Positions 18,478 through 28,066 of a stretch of 32,000 nt of DNA are shown here, piece after piece. Position 1 is the stretch's first letter, and each line of letters begins with the position of its first letter. A model generated the notes under the pieces. The model ran no database searches. It saw only the letters and a list, made by a program, of their open reading frames with translations, and was not told where the DNA came from. The position numbers and the translations under genes were made by a program. Location of the stretch: positions 1,110,001-1,142,000 of the forward strand of contig NC_010628.1 of the NCBI RefSeq assembly GCF_000020025.1. Reading direction: 5' to 3'. Source of the DNA: Nostoc punctiforme PCC 73102 (GTDB lineage Bacteria > Cyanobacteriota > Cyanobacteriia > Cyanobacteriales > Nostocaceae).

Positions 18478-19197
18478 TTATGGTACTAATCCAGCCCGCA
18501 AAGCACGGACGGCAGCCTGTGTCCGGTCAGCAACACAGAGTTTATTGAGAATACCTCTAACATGTGTTTTTACAGTACCGACTGTTAAATAGAGCCTTTT
18601 AGCAATTTCTGCATTGTCACACCCAGCGACAATCAACTCTAAAACATCCATCTCTCGGTGAGTTAAAGGATAGCTGACTATACTTTTCTCAACATCTGGG
18701 TCAATACCTTCAATCAAGACTCTTTTTCCAGATGCGCCTCTGCTACCATCGGGGAAATCTTGACGTATTTGTTGTAGTACAAGGTCTGCGATCGCAGGAT
18801 CGATCCATGAGCTACCTGCATGGGTCGTTCGCACAGCCTCAACTAGTCTCTCAGTTTCGATATCCTTCATACAATAAGAATCTGCACCTGCTGCAAATGC
18901 CGCTAAAACAGCCTGTTCGCTATTTTGCATGGTTAAAATTAGTAGCTTTGTGGTGTAATCTTCATTCTCTGCTTGATATTGCCTAAATGTGCGTGTTAGC
19001 TCAATACCATCCATGTCAGGCAAACCAATGTCAATAGTAGCAACATCAGGCTTGAGAGTTTTCAAAAGCTTGATGCCATCGGCTGCATTGGCAGCTTCCC
19101 CAACAATGTTAAACTCTGGCTGGGTTTGTAAGGCAGACCGTAAGCCGATTCTTGTAAGGTTGTGATCTTCAATCACGAGGATCTTGATTTCACTCAT
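18478..19197 (-). CDS. Response regulator, NarL/FixJ family (REC + LuxR-type HTH)
   Basis: The REC domain reads ILVIEDHNLTRIGL...DIGLPDMDGIEL. The C-terminal part reads LTHREMDVLELIVAGCDNAEIAKRLYLTVGTVKTHV. Confidence 0.92.
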   Translation of the reverse strand: MSEIKILVIEDHNLTRIGLRSALQTQPEFNIVGEAANAADGIKLLKTLKPDVATIDIGLPDMDGIELTRTFRQYQAENEDYTTKLLILTMQNSEQAVLAAFAAGADSYCMKDIETERLVEAVRTTHAGSSWIDPAIADLVLQQIRQDFPDGSRGASGKRVLIEGIDPDVEKSIVSYPLTHREMDVLELIVAGCDNAEIAKRLYLTVGTVKTHVRGILNKLCVADRTQAAVRALRAGLVP

Positions 19198-19783
19198 AGT
19201 TGCTTAAATTTACTGTTATCTATCTCAAGTACAGATTAAAATAATCTCGTTCTTCTATTCGGTATCTTATACAAAAAGCAATGCAATTGGTATTGCTTCC
19301 TGAACTTCATCTACCATTAGGCATAAATAACCTTATCTTGGAAGTTTTTCCAAGGCAAGAGTTTCCATCTCGGAAATAATTCAATCAAAAAATGTTTTTA
19401 TACATTCACGGTTGATAGATGTTTTATGGTGGACAATTTTTCACTGAAAATCCGCTAGCAAGCAAGAGTCGGTAACTATTAAATAATTACCCCTGCAGTG
19501 GCTATGATAGCGTAAATACAATGGATTAAGCGACCTTAACTTAAGACCCAGACACAGATATTGTTTAAAAAAGTAAACAAATAATCTACTCAGTAAAAAA
19601 TAAATTTTAAAATAATTAATACTATTTTTGTATTTTTTAGCAGTGTTTTTACTTAAAAAGCCAGATACTCAATTCGGGAAACTTTAAAGGAAAATGTGAA
19701 TCCTTAATAATCTCAGCGCTGGTAAAGTAAGTTATTACTAGATTTGCTAGGGATAGCCAAGCACTTCTTTTTTTTATTCAGCC

Positions 19784-20878
19784 ATGTCTTTAACTAAAAG
19801 TGTCAAAAAAGATAAAATTCTCGCTGTAGATGATGTTTTTGACAATCTACTGGTCTTAGAAGCAGTCCTAGAAGATGAGGGCTATGAAATTAGCTTGGTG
19901 GAAGATAGCAAAATTGCTCTGGCTATGGTTGAGGAGTCACCACCAGACATCATTCTCTTAGATGTGATGATGCCAGAGATAGATGGCTATGAATTTACTC
20001 GACGCATCCGACAGAATCCGGCGTTGCCATTTATCCCTATTCTGCTGCTAACGGCTCACTATCAGTCTAGCGTTGTGGAAGGACTCGATGCTGGTGCAGA
20101 TGACTTTATTCGTAAACCATTCGATCCTGATGAACTACATGCACGAGTGCGATCGCTCCTGCGCCTCAAACACAGCATCGACGAACGAGATCAGATGGCT
20201 AACCTGCGTGCAGATTTTGTCTCGCGTTTTACTCACGATTTACGTATACCACTAGTAGCCTCCAACCGCGTCTTAAAATTATTGCTGGAAGGCAGGTTTT
20301 GCGAAGTTTCGCCACAATTGCAAGAAATAATTGATACCATGATTGGCAGTAATCAAGACCTGCTGGAAATGGTAAATACCTTGCTAGAAGTTTATCGTCA
20401 TGAAGCGGGCTGTAAAACCTTAAAAATTGCTCCCTGCAATATTGAAGAACTAGTTAGTGAAGTTTCCCAAGAATTAACTCCCTTAGCTGAGGAAAAAGGA
20501 TTAGCTCTAAACATAGAGCGAGATGAAACTGCAAGCACCGTCATGGGCGATCGCTTAGAACTGCGGCGAGTTTTAACAAATATTATCGGCAATGCTATCA
20601 AATTTACAGACAAAGGTTCTGTAGATATTCGCTGCCATCTCACTCCAGCAGATGTGACTATTGATATCCAAGATACGGGGCCGGGAATTTCTAAACAAGA
20701 CCAGGCAATATTATTTGAGCGATTTCGCCAAGGTAAACACCAGCGTTCTGGTAGTGGTTTGGGACTATATCTATCTCGCTGTATTATCGAAGCACATCAA
20801 GGCACAATTGATGTAGCATCTGAGCCAGGGCAGGGTAGTACATTTACTATTCGTCTACCTGTAGCAGCCGACAATTAA
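19784..20878 (+). CDS. Hybrid sensor: N-terminal receiver + HisKA + HATPase_c histidine kinase
   Basis: The REC domain reads ILAVDDVFDNL...LDVMMPEIDGYEF. The H-box is FVSRFTHDLRIPL, the N-box NIIGNAIKFT, G1 DTGPGI and G2 GSGLGL. No transmembrane or other sensor domain is present. Confidence 0.92.
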   Translation: MSLTKSVKKDKILAVDDVFDNLLVLEAVLEDEGYEISLVEDSKIALAMVEESPPDIILLDVMMPEIDGYEFTRRIRQNPALPFIPILLLTAHYQSSVVEGLDAGADDFIRKPFDPDELHARVRSLLRLKHSIDERDQMANLRADFVSRFTHDLRIPLVASNRVLKLLLEGRFCEVSPQLQEIIDTMIGSNQDLLEMVNTLLEVYRHEAGCKTLKIAPCNIEELVSEVSQELTPLAEEKGLALNIERDETASTVMGDRLELRRVLTNIIGNAIKFTDKGSVDIRCHLTPADVTIDIQDTGPGISKQDQAILFERFRQGKHQRSGSGLGLYLSRCIIEAHQGTIDVASEPGQGSTFTIRLPVAADN

Positions 20879-20906
20879 AAGTGAGGAAATTTTAGAATAA
20901 AAAATA

Positions 20907-20933
20907 GTGTTCACAGATAAAATCCGTGAACAC
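20907..20933 (-). terminator. Hairpin terminator between convergent genes
   Basis: GTGTTCAC (20907..20914) pairs with GTGAACAC (20926..20933) across an 11-nt loop. The minus-strand reading is followed by tatttttta, which fits termination of the 20965..21174 gene. It may also serve the kinase gene. Confidence 0.5.
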
Positions 20934-20964
20934 TAAAAGATGGGAGGAGTCAGACAAAAAATTA

Positions 20965-21174
20965 TTACTTATCAATTTCTGGAACAACATTGGGACGTTC
21001 TTTCTCTTCCCAACCTACGGGACGTTTGGAATTGTACCAAGCAATTGACCCTATAGTAACAGCAGCGATAAAGCCCAATCCTAACAACCCTGTCAGCACA
21101 ATAGAATAGCTAGAATTACCTTGTGATGTTAAAGGGATGTCTGTTAAAAGATAGGTAAATAAAAGATTAATCAT
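20965..21174 (-). CDS. Small membrane protein, hypothetical
   Basis: The 69-aa ORF has a hydrophobic segment IVLTGLLGLGFIAAVTIGSIAWY and a terminator hairpin downstream. No family was recognised. Confidence 0.4.
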   Translation of the reverse strand: MINLLFTYLLTDIPLTSQGNSSYSIVLTGLLGLGFIAAVTIGSIAWYNSKRPVGWEEKERPNVVPEIDK

Positions 21175-21333
21175 GAATCGACACCTTTTAAAAATCTGTG
21201 AGAGGTTGTAAAAGTATTGTGAAATAGGGATTTTAAAAATGCCTAAAACCCAAGCTAAAAACAGATTTAATAGAGGAAGAAAGTTTAGTAAATAATTATT
21301 TACCCTACACCTTCTTCCTAGATCAAGTTCAGC

Positions 21334-21516
21334 CTATTCTAAAGTCTTTTTTACTTCATCTTTGATATTTTCAGCAGTGTGACGAACTTGGGCTTCAGCT
21401 TGTTTAGCTTTGCCTTCAGCTTTATCGTTAGGGTTGCCAGTTACTTCGCCAACAGCTTCTTGTACTTTTCCTTCGACGTTCTTTGCAAAAGCCTTTGCTC
21501 TATCTTCGATACTCAT
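21334..21516 (-). CDS. CsbD-family stress-response protein
   Basis: The 60-aa protein has the GKVQEAVGEVTGNPNDKAEGKAKQ pattern characteristic of CsbD-like proteins. Confidence 0.75.
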   Translation of the reverse strand: MSIEDRAKAFAKNVEGKVQEAVGEVTGNPNDKAEGKAKQAEAQVRHTAENIKDEVKKTLE

Positions 21517-22515
21517 ATACTTTGTTCCTAAATATGTTAACTAGTGATTAGTTATTGCTTGCTAATAAAGCGCTGCAATGTTTATATATTACTTTTAGAC
21601 AAGTTTTAATTCTTCTATCTGACGATGTTTTTATGAAGAATATTTGTGTCCATTGTACATAGTTATTTAAAGGTTAAATTCATCTTTAAGAATTCAAGTA
21701 ATATCCAAAAGATAGAAAGGATTTATTCTATTGTTCTATCTTGAGAGAAAATCATTTGCTACCTTAGCTAGATAGTGATGCAGATATCTAGCCTAAATTA
21801 GCGGTTAAGAAATACTCAGAATGTGATAAACCGCAACTTGAGTTACCAATACTACTGTAAGCAAGTGATTTATTATACTTTGAAAAGTGGTTACTTAAAC
21901 TATAATACGGTTCAGTTAACACCAAAATCTTCAAATTCATAGGTTGGATTGAGGAACGAAACCCAAGATTTATGGGACTTTGTTGGGTTGCGCTTTGCTT
22001 AACTAAACTATATTGGCTTAATCCGCAGTTAGAAACATCTGGCACAACAAAACAGTTGAGATGTAAGAAAATCTTCTAATATTCATAGTTTCAGAAAAAT
22101 GATGTTGTCACAAATCTTAAGCGGAAAGAAACATAATTTTTCAAGTTTTAACTGAAGAGTAGTTTAACTAGTGTAAGAAAGCAGAGAGAAGTCTGTAGAT
22201 TTTTCTGCGGCTTTCCGTAGGGTACGTAACTTCAAAGAGACAGCAGGCAGGAAAGAAAGCTTGTAAATTCAGCTTTTGTTACCTTTTTAAACTGGATACT
22301 TATTTCTGCCATACCGCACTAGTAAAACTTGTGACTAATTTCTCACCAAAGACAGCAGGAACAAGTAAGTAAGTTGGCACAATAAAATCAAACTATGTAA
22401 TATTAATGAATTAGGCTAAAACCTTTATAACTATTGCCTGTTGCCTATTGCCTTATCCTAAGGACAATTATTTACGCCCACTTATTTATGTTTATTTCTA
22501 TTCATCCAGGTATTT

Positions 22516-22743
22516 ATGCAATCAAATTCTACTACTAAACCAACTCCTAACTCCCAATATGTAGATTCTCGGATGCAAACTGATGTATCTATTAACATTT
22601 TCATCGGATTTTCTATTTTGATTCCAATGATTGTGTTTGTAGGATTTAATATCTATAAGAAACACCGTGCTGTTGTTCTCAGTCAGCAAATTGCTTCATT
22701 AGAAAAACTGTGGCTTTTGAATATTAAGAAAAAAAGAGCTTGA
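22516..22743 (+). CDS. Small single-pass membrane protein, hypothetical
   Basis: The 75-aa ORF ends 18 nt before the TPR-like gene and has a hydrophobic segment IFIGFSILIPMIVFVGFNIY. No similarity was recognised. Confidence 0.35.
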   Translation: MQSNSTTKPTPNSQYVDSRMQTDVSINIFIGFSILIPMIVFVGFNIYKKHRAVVLSQQIASLEKLWLLNIKKKRA

Positions 22744-22761
22744 ATAAAAACAATATAGACA

Positions 22762-24384
22762 ATGAAGTACTTATTTATAATTTGGGTGCTTATACTCTCT
22801 TTAATCGCTCCTAATGCGGCGATCGCTCAAGCAAGACAACCCTACAGCTTAATATCTGGACTTGGCGCAATCCACCATCCAGTTTCCACTGCTAATGCTC
22901 ACGCGCAAGAGTTTTTCGATCAGGGATTAAATTTAATTTACGCTTTCAATCATGATGAGGCGGTGCGTTCTTTTCAACACGCTGCCAAACTCGATCCGCA
23001 TTTAGCGATCGCATATTGGGGTATTGCTCTGGCTCTAGGCCCCAATATTAACTCAGCAATAGACCCCAATCGAGAATTAGCTGCTTACCAAGCAGTACAG
23101 CAAGCTTTGGCACTTTCCACCAAAGCATCTAACCAGGAACGAGACTACATTTCCGCCTTAGCAAAACGTTACTCCCAAGATCCTGGTGCAGACTTGTATC
23201 AACTGGCGGTAGACTACGCAAAAGCAATGGCAACCCTAGTTGAGCGCTATCCTGATGATTTAGATGTGGCAACGCTTTACGCTGAAAGCTTGATGGATCT
23301 GCATCCGTGGCAGCACTGGACTAAAGATGGCAAGCCACAGCCAGATACAGAAAAGATTGTGGCTGTTTTGGAATCAGTTCTCAAGCGTAACCCGAATCAT
23401 ACGGGGGCCAATCATTACTATATCCATGCAGTGGAAGCCTCGCCTTCCCCAGAAAGGGCCCTTGTGAGTGCCAAAAGACTAGGAACCCTAGCGCCAGCAG
23501 CAGGACACTTGGTACACATGCCTTCCCATATTTATTTTCGTGTAGGAGATTATCGAGGGGCAATGCAGGCGAACGAGCAGGCGATCGCTCAAGATGATAT
23601 TTACATCAAAAAATATCAAGTCCAGGGTACTTACCCCATGATGTACTACAACCACAACGTACATTTTCTCATGGTGGCCAGCAGTATGGCAGGAAAATAT
23701 GAAGATGCTCTCCAAGCCGCAGATAAATTAGTCGCAAATGCTACTGCTATTAACCCATACATACCAATGCTTGAGGGATTTCTGGGCAGCAAAATGCTGA
23801 TTCAGACACGCTTTAGTGACTGGGATGCCATCTTAAAAACTCCTGCTCCCGATGTTAAATTACCTACTACTACAGCACTTTGGCATTTTGCTCGCGGTAT
23901 GGCTATGGCTGCCACAGGCAAACTTAAAGATGCAGCAAATGAAAACCAGGCATTACTTGCTGCCAAACAGGAAATTTCTACCGAAGCAACTATCGGATTC
24001 AGTCCTGCCAGTCGCATTTTAGACATTGCCTCAAAAGTTATCAATGCCAAAATTGCTGCGAAAAAGCATGATTATGAATATGCTATTCAATTACTAGAAA
24101 AAGCTGTAGTAGCAGAAGATGCGCTCGATTACGTAGAACCACCAGATTGGTACCTTCCTACGCGGGAATCTTTGGGCGCTGTGCTTTTGGCTAAGGGTGA
24201 TTATAGAGAGGCGGAGAAAGTCTTTCGTACCGATCTAGAAAAGTATCTTCATAATGGGCGTTCTCTATTTGGCCTACAGGCAACTTTGCAGGCATTGGGG
24301 AAAGATGAGGCTGCTCAAGTTGTCAAAGCCGAATTGCAAACAGCTTGGAAAGGTGACGAGCGGCAACTTGACCTTACTTATTAA
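22762..24384 (+). CDS. Secreted TPR-like repeat protein, function unknown
   Basis: It has a signal peptide (MKYLFIIWVLILSLIAPNAAIAQA) and repeated helical hairpin patterns (AVRSFQHAAKLDPHLAIAYWGIALAL; GDYREAEKVFRTDLEK). Confidence 0.75.
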   Translation: MKYLFIIWVLILSLIAPNAAIAQARQPYSLISGLGAIHHPVSTANAHAQEFFDQGLNLIYAFNHDEAVRSFQHAAKLDPHLAIAYWGIALALGPNINSAIDPNRELAAYQAVQQALALSTKASNQERDYISALAKRYSQDPGADLYQLAVDYAKAMATLVERYPDDLDVATLYAESLMDLHPWQHWTKDGKPQPDTEKIVAVLESVLKRNPNHTGANHYYIHAVEASPSPERALVSAKRLGTLAPAAGHLVHMPSHIYFRVGDYRGAMQANEQAIAQDDIYIKKYQVQGTYPMMYYNHNVHFLMVASSMAGKYEDALQAADKLVANATAINPYIPMLEGFLGSKMLIQTRFSDWDAILKTPAPDVKLPTTTALWHFARGMAMAATGKLKDAANENQALLAAKQEISTEATIGFSPASRILDIASKVINAKIAAKKHDYEYAIQLLEKAVVAEDALDYVEPPDWYLPTRESLGAVLLAKGDYREAEKVFRTDLEKYLHNGRSLFGLQATLQALGKDEAAQVVKAELQTAWKGDERQLDLTY

Positions 24385-24462
24385 ACCCGAAGAACCCCAT
24401 ACTGCCAAAGCTACGCTGGGAGCAATGCGAAAAAGTGAGAACATCGTGAAAAAAGCTTTCTT

Positions 24463-24582
24463 GAGCAGGGGGAGTAGGAAGGATAAAGAGAAATTTTTAG
24501 TAATTTTTATGACTGTTATAGCCTTGAATATACTTGTTTATTTCTCTCCCCCTGCCTCCCCTGCCCCCTATCCCCTACCTCC
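24463..24582. repeat. G-rich / C-rich inverted-repeat element, same family as 16527..16640
   Basis: The arms gagcagggggagtaggaagg and ctccccctgcctcccctgccccctatcccctacctcc are separated by an AT-rich spacer. Pairing is imperfect. The element lies downstream of the TPR-like gene. Confidence 0.55.
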
Positions 24583-24980
24583 TTCAAACTTGTTGCCTGA
24601 CTTTGGCTTTCGTATTAAAATTTTGGAGTAATGCTTCATGGTTAATGCAGTCAAACATTCAATTCGGATATTCTAAAGATGTGCCCCTGTATGTCTGATT
24701 TCCTTTATCACCCTACAGAATTTATCTTCTTCCATTTCCAACCCTTTTTTGTGTTGGGCTGAACTTAGGGTGGCTGGGGCAGGCGATCGCGTAAATGCGA
24801 TCGTATCACTAGTTAACTATCTACTGGATGCAGAGAGATGGCTCGTATGTCATCCTAGATTTAGGAGAGTTAATTCAGTGACGTCTTTGATTTTAGTATT
24901 GAAAGGCTTTTCCTTTTAGTATTTACAGACTTCTCAGAGAAATTAAAATCTCTACACAGTGATGATTTTGGAGCGAATCG

Positions 24981-25301
24981 ATGTCAATTTACGTAGGTAA
25001 CCTCTCTTATGACGTTACACAAGAAGATTTAAGTGGTATTTTTGCAGAATATGGTACTGTAAAGCGAGTACAAGTACCTACTGACCGTGAAACAGGTCGT
25101 CCGCGAGGCTTTGCTTTTGTGGAAATGGGAACTGAAGCGGAAGAAACAGCTGCCATTGAAGCTCTCGACGGTGCTGAGTGGATGGGCCGCGACCTGAAAG
25201 TAAATAAGGCTAAACCCAAGGAAGATAGAGGTGATAGAGGTTCCTTTGGTGGAAACCGAGGAGGATACGGCGGTGGCGGCGGACGCGGTGGACGCTACTA
25301 A
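24981..25301 (+). CDS. RRM-type RNA-binding protein with glycine-rich C-terminus (cyanobacterial Rbp family)
   Basis: It has RNP2 IYVGNL, RNP1 RGFAFVEM and the tail [18 protein letters not shown] cannot tell which Rbp paralogue this is. Confidence 0.95.
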   Translation: MSIYVGNLSYDVTQEDLSGIFAEYGTVKRVQVPTDRETGRPRGFAFVEMGTEAEETAAIEALDGAEWMGRDLKVNKAKPKEDRGDRGSFGGNRGGYGGGGGRGGRY

Positions 25302-25338
25302 CTTTGGAAACAAAAAAAATTTACCAATAGTCTTAAGG

Positions 25339-25367
25339 TCAGACAAACAACAGTCTGTCTTTTTTTT
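25339..25367 (+). terminator. Hairpin plus T8 between rbp and rpsU (partial terminator/attenuator candidate)
   Basis: CAGAC (25340..25344) pairs with GTCTG (25353..25357); an alternative register is AGACA/TGTCT. The hairpin is followed by tttttttt. Confidence 0.5.
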
Positions 25368-25409
25368 GTAATGTTCCCACCTGATTAAGTCAACTTAGTA
25401 GGAGAAGTA

Positions 25410-25598
25410 ATGACCCAAGTAATTGTCGGTGACAATGAACACATTGAATCAGCCTTACGACGATTTAAGCGAGAAGTTTCCAAGGCTGGAATTTTTCCAG
25501 ACATGAGAAAGCATCGTCATTTTGAAACACCCTTAGAAAAACGCAAGCGCAAAGAAGTCGCCAAGCACAGACAGAGTAAGAGAAGTTTTCGTAATTAA
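25410..25598 (+). CDS. rpsU: 30S ribosomal protein S21
   Basis: The 62-aa basic protein contains [34 protein letters not shown], the typical S21 sequence. Confidence 0.95.
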   Translation: MTQVIVGDNEHIESALRRFKREVSKAGIFPDMRKHRHFETPLEKRKRKEVAKHRQSKRSFRN

Positions 25599-25618
25599 GG
25601 GCTGACATAGCTATAAAA

Positions 25619-25654
25619 GAAAACCTTCATAGATTCTATGAGGGTTTTCCTTTT
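25619..25654 (+). terminator. Rho-independent terminator after rpsU
   Basis: A 14-bp stem, GAAAACCTTCATAG (25619..25632) with CTATGAGGGTTTTC (25636..25649), has a 3-nt loop and a cttttg tail. Confidence 0.75.
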
Positions 25655-25721
25655 GCCTATTTAAAAATCAGGAAACCTCAAGAAACGCTAAAATCAAGTC
25701 AGCCTTTGTATTGTAGCGGTT

Positions 25722-27482
25722 GTGTCCCACATCACTCAGAGGGCGGTTCACTGTATAAATCCTGATTGTCAACGTCCTTATCCCCAACCTTGGGGAAACA
25801 AATTCTGCAACAGCTGTGGCACACCGCTAGAGTTGTTAGACCGCTATGTTCCACTTCAGCCATTAGGTTCGGGAGGATTTGCTCAAATTTACACGGTTTG
25901 GGATGAAAAAACTCAAACAGAGAAAGTGCTGAAAGTGTTGGTAGAAGATTCACCAAAAGCACTGGAATTATTTACCCAAGAGGCCGCGGTTTTATCTAGT
26001 TTGCAGCATCCAGGTGTCCCCGCAGTCGATACTGAAGGGTATTTTCAGGTACAACTGTTTAACCCCAAGCCGCACCAACTACCTTGTCTGGTAATGGAAA
26101 AAATCAATGGACGGACTTTAGAGGAGATATTAAAAAAGTTTCCCCAAGGGTGTCCAGAGAACTTGGTTATCAATTGGTTTGCCCAAGCTGTAGAGATTTT
26201 ACAAGAATTACACAAACGTCAGATTATTCACCGGGATATTAAACCTTCTAATTTAATGCTGGGCACATCTTCGCCCACTGTCAGCCTACCTCAAGGGCAA
26301 ATAGAAGGCGATCGCCTGGTACTAATTGATTTTGGTGGGGCAAAGCAATTTAGCCCCTCTAAGCTGCGTTCTCAGTCGAGTTCTACCCGATTATTTTCTT
26401 CTGGTTACAGTCCACCAGAACAAGTGAGTGGAAGTATTGTCGGGCCAAGTGCCGATTTTTATGCCCTTGGTCGAACGATGATTGAACTGCTAACAGGCAA
26501 ATACCCGCTAGAGTTGGAAGATCAGCAAACTGGGAAACTTGTATGGCGCACTGCGGTAAATGTCAATCCGCAATTAGCAGATTTGCTGGATGAGATGGTG
26601 CAAGAGGATGTGCGATCGCGTCCAGCAAATGCAGCTATGATTCAAAAACGGTTGGCGAAGATTTCTCAACCATTACCGCCGCCAGGATTATTTGCCCAAC
26701 TGCGAGATCGGGTTAAGCAAGCTTCAACGCAAGTTTCCCAGAGATTTACACTGCTAATCCAAGCTATTGAACAAGTTTTAGCGAACTTTAGCCAAGCTGT
26801 AACTAAAACCGTTGTTTTTATCGCTCAAACAATCATCAAAATTTTCCAAGCTTGTTTGGCGACGATTTGGGCGATGATTTTGGCTTATGTTGGCGCTTGT
26901 TTTGGTGCGATCGCTGGTTTTATTTTGGCATATCACACCAACTTGGGGCGTTGGGTTGTGGAATTTATTTCGAGTCAGCTAAACCAATTAGTCCCAAATA
27001 CTCAAACCGTCTTTGGGGCAGATATTTTGGTATTCATCGCCGCAGGCTGGGGAACCGCTTGGGGACTGACAGCATCCGGGTGTTTTGGTCAACGGCGGCG
27101 CTTTTTAGTAGCATCGCTGATGGGCATGATTAGCTACGGCTTTGGCTGGTTCATTTTGCAATTAATCACACCAAAAGACAGTGGTGAAGGCTTAGTTGCA
27201 GTGATTTTAGTAGCAGCTTGCCTACTCACATTGAGCTTAGGTCTTCGCAGCCATCACATAGTGTACGCCGTGTTAGCTGCCTTTGGTAGCGCGATCGCCT
27301 ACGCATTTTTGATTCTTTTGAGGTTAGCACCTCCCATCTTCCAATTTTCTAGTCAACCAGCCTGGTCAGAGTTACAGTTACCTCTGATTTTTTTTGGTTC
27401 TGTAGGCTTCTTTATCAGCTTCTGGTTAGGAGTAAGTTACTACCTAATTGTCCCTGGATTGCGCCTTTTAGGGTGGCGATGA
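25722..27482 (+). CDS. Ser/Thr protein kinase with N-terminal zinc ribbon and C-terminal polytopic membrane domain
   Basis: The start is GTG. The zinc ribbon reads CINPDC...CNSCG. Kinase motifs are GSGGFAQIY, VLKVL, HRDIKPSNLML, DFGGAK and SPPEQ. The last ~230 residues hold several hydrophobic helices. Confidence 0.9.
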   Translation: MSHITQRAVHCINPDCQRPYPQPWGNKFCNSCGTPLELLDRYVPLQPLGSGGFAQIYTVWDEKTQTEKVLKVLVEDSPKALELFTQEAAVLSSLQHPGVPAVDTEGYFQVQLFNPKPHQLPCLVMEKINGRTLEEILKKFPQGCPENLVINWFAQAVEILQELHKRQIIHRDIKPSNLMLGTSSPTVSLPQGQIEGDRLVLIDFGGAKQFSPSKLRSQSSSTRLFSSGYSPPEQVSGSIVGPSADFYALGRTMIELLTGKYPLELEDQQTGKLVWRTAVNVNPQLADLLDEMVQEDVRSRPANAAMIQKRLAKISQPLPPPGLFAQLRDRVKQASTQVSQRFTLLIQAIEQVLANFSQAVTKTVVFIAQTIIKIFQACLATIWAMILAYVGACFGAIAGFILAYHTNLGRWVVEFISSQLNQLVPNTQTVFGADILVFIAAGWGTAWGLTASGCFGQRRRFLVASLMGMISYGFGWFILQLITPKDSGEGLVAVILVAACLLTLSLGLRSHHIVYAVLAAFGSAIAYAFLILLRLAPPIFQFSSQPAWSELQLPLIFFGSVGFFISFWLGVSYYLIVPGLRLLGWR

Positions 27483-27666
27483 AAGAGGAAGGAGGGATTC
27501 CTATATTTAGGACTTGCGTAATTGTCATATTTTTTTGTAGAGGTTATCAAGAGTCAAAAAATCAAAATCTTGACCCCTGACTTCGATAACATGAAAATAT
27601 ACGTGCCAGTTGCGTAAATCCTGCCATTTTAGCTGTTAGATACAAACAAATAATTGGGGATTAACT

Positions 27667-28047
27667 ATGGAACCTATTTCTATGATTATTGCTGCTTTAG
27701 GTGCTGGTGCGATCGCAGCTACTAAGGATACCGCAGGAACAGCAGTTAAAGATGCCTATCAGGGGTTGAAAACCTTGATTAAGAAGAAGTTTGAAAGTGA
27801 ACCAAAAGCACAAATGGTTCTGGAAGAACACGAAACAGACCCTGAAACCTATGAAGCACCACTTAAAAAGAAATTAGCTGAAGCTGGTGCTGAAAAAGAT
27901 GCAGAAATTATTAAGTTAGCCCAAGAGTTACTGAAACAGGCAAAACCTGATGAGTCAGCAGCAGGTAAATACAACACAGTGTTTCAAGGAGAAGTAAAAG
28001 GGATTCAGGTGGGCGATCACAACAAACAAGAAAACACATTTGGCTAA
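27667..28047 (+). CDS. Bell/HeLo-like small effector candidate with a C-terminal amyloid-signalling-type motif
   Basis: The 126-aa ORF has a Gly/Ala-rich hydrophobic N-terminus (MEPISMIIAALGAGAIAATKD), a helical Lys/Glu-rich body (AVKDAYQGLKTLIKKKF...) and the tail KYNTVFQGEVKGIQVGDHNKQENTF. That tail matches the N-terminus of the next gene. The downstream ORF starts 19 nt after the stop. Confidence 0.72.
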   Translation: MEPISMIIAALGAGAIAATKDTAGTAVKDAYQGLKTLIKKKFESEPKAQMVLEEHETDPETYEAPLKKKLAEAGAEKDAEIIKLAQELLKQAKPDESAAGKYNTVFQGEVKGIQVGDHNKQENTFG

Positions 28048-28066
28048 CAGCCACTGGAGTATTTAG

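Noticed and set aside
21788-22045. 85-aa minus-strand ORF in the 1-kb AT-rich region
   Set aside because: Its low-complexity Ser/Asn/Leu-rich translation is typical of AT-rich non-coding DNA, with no RBS-like context or recognisable motif.
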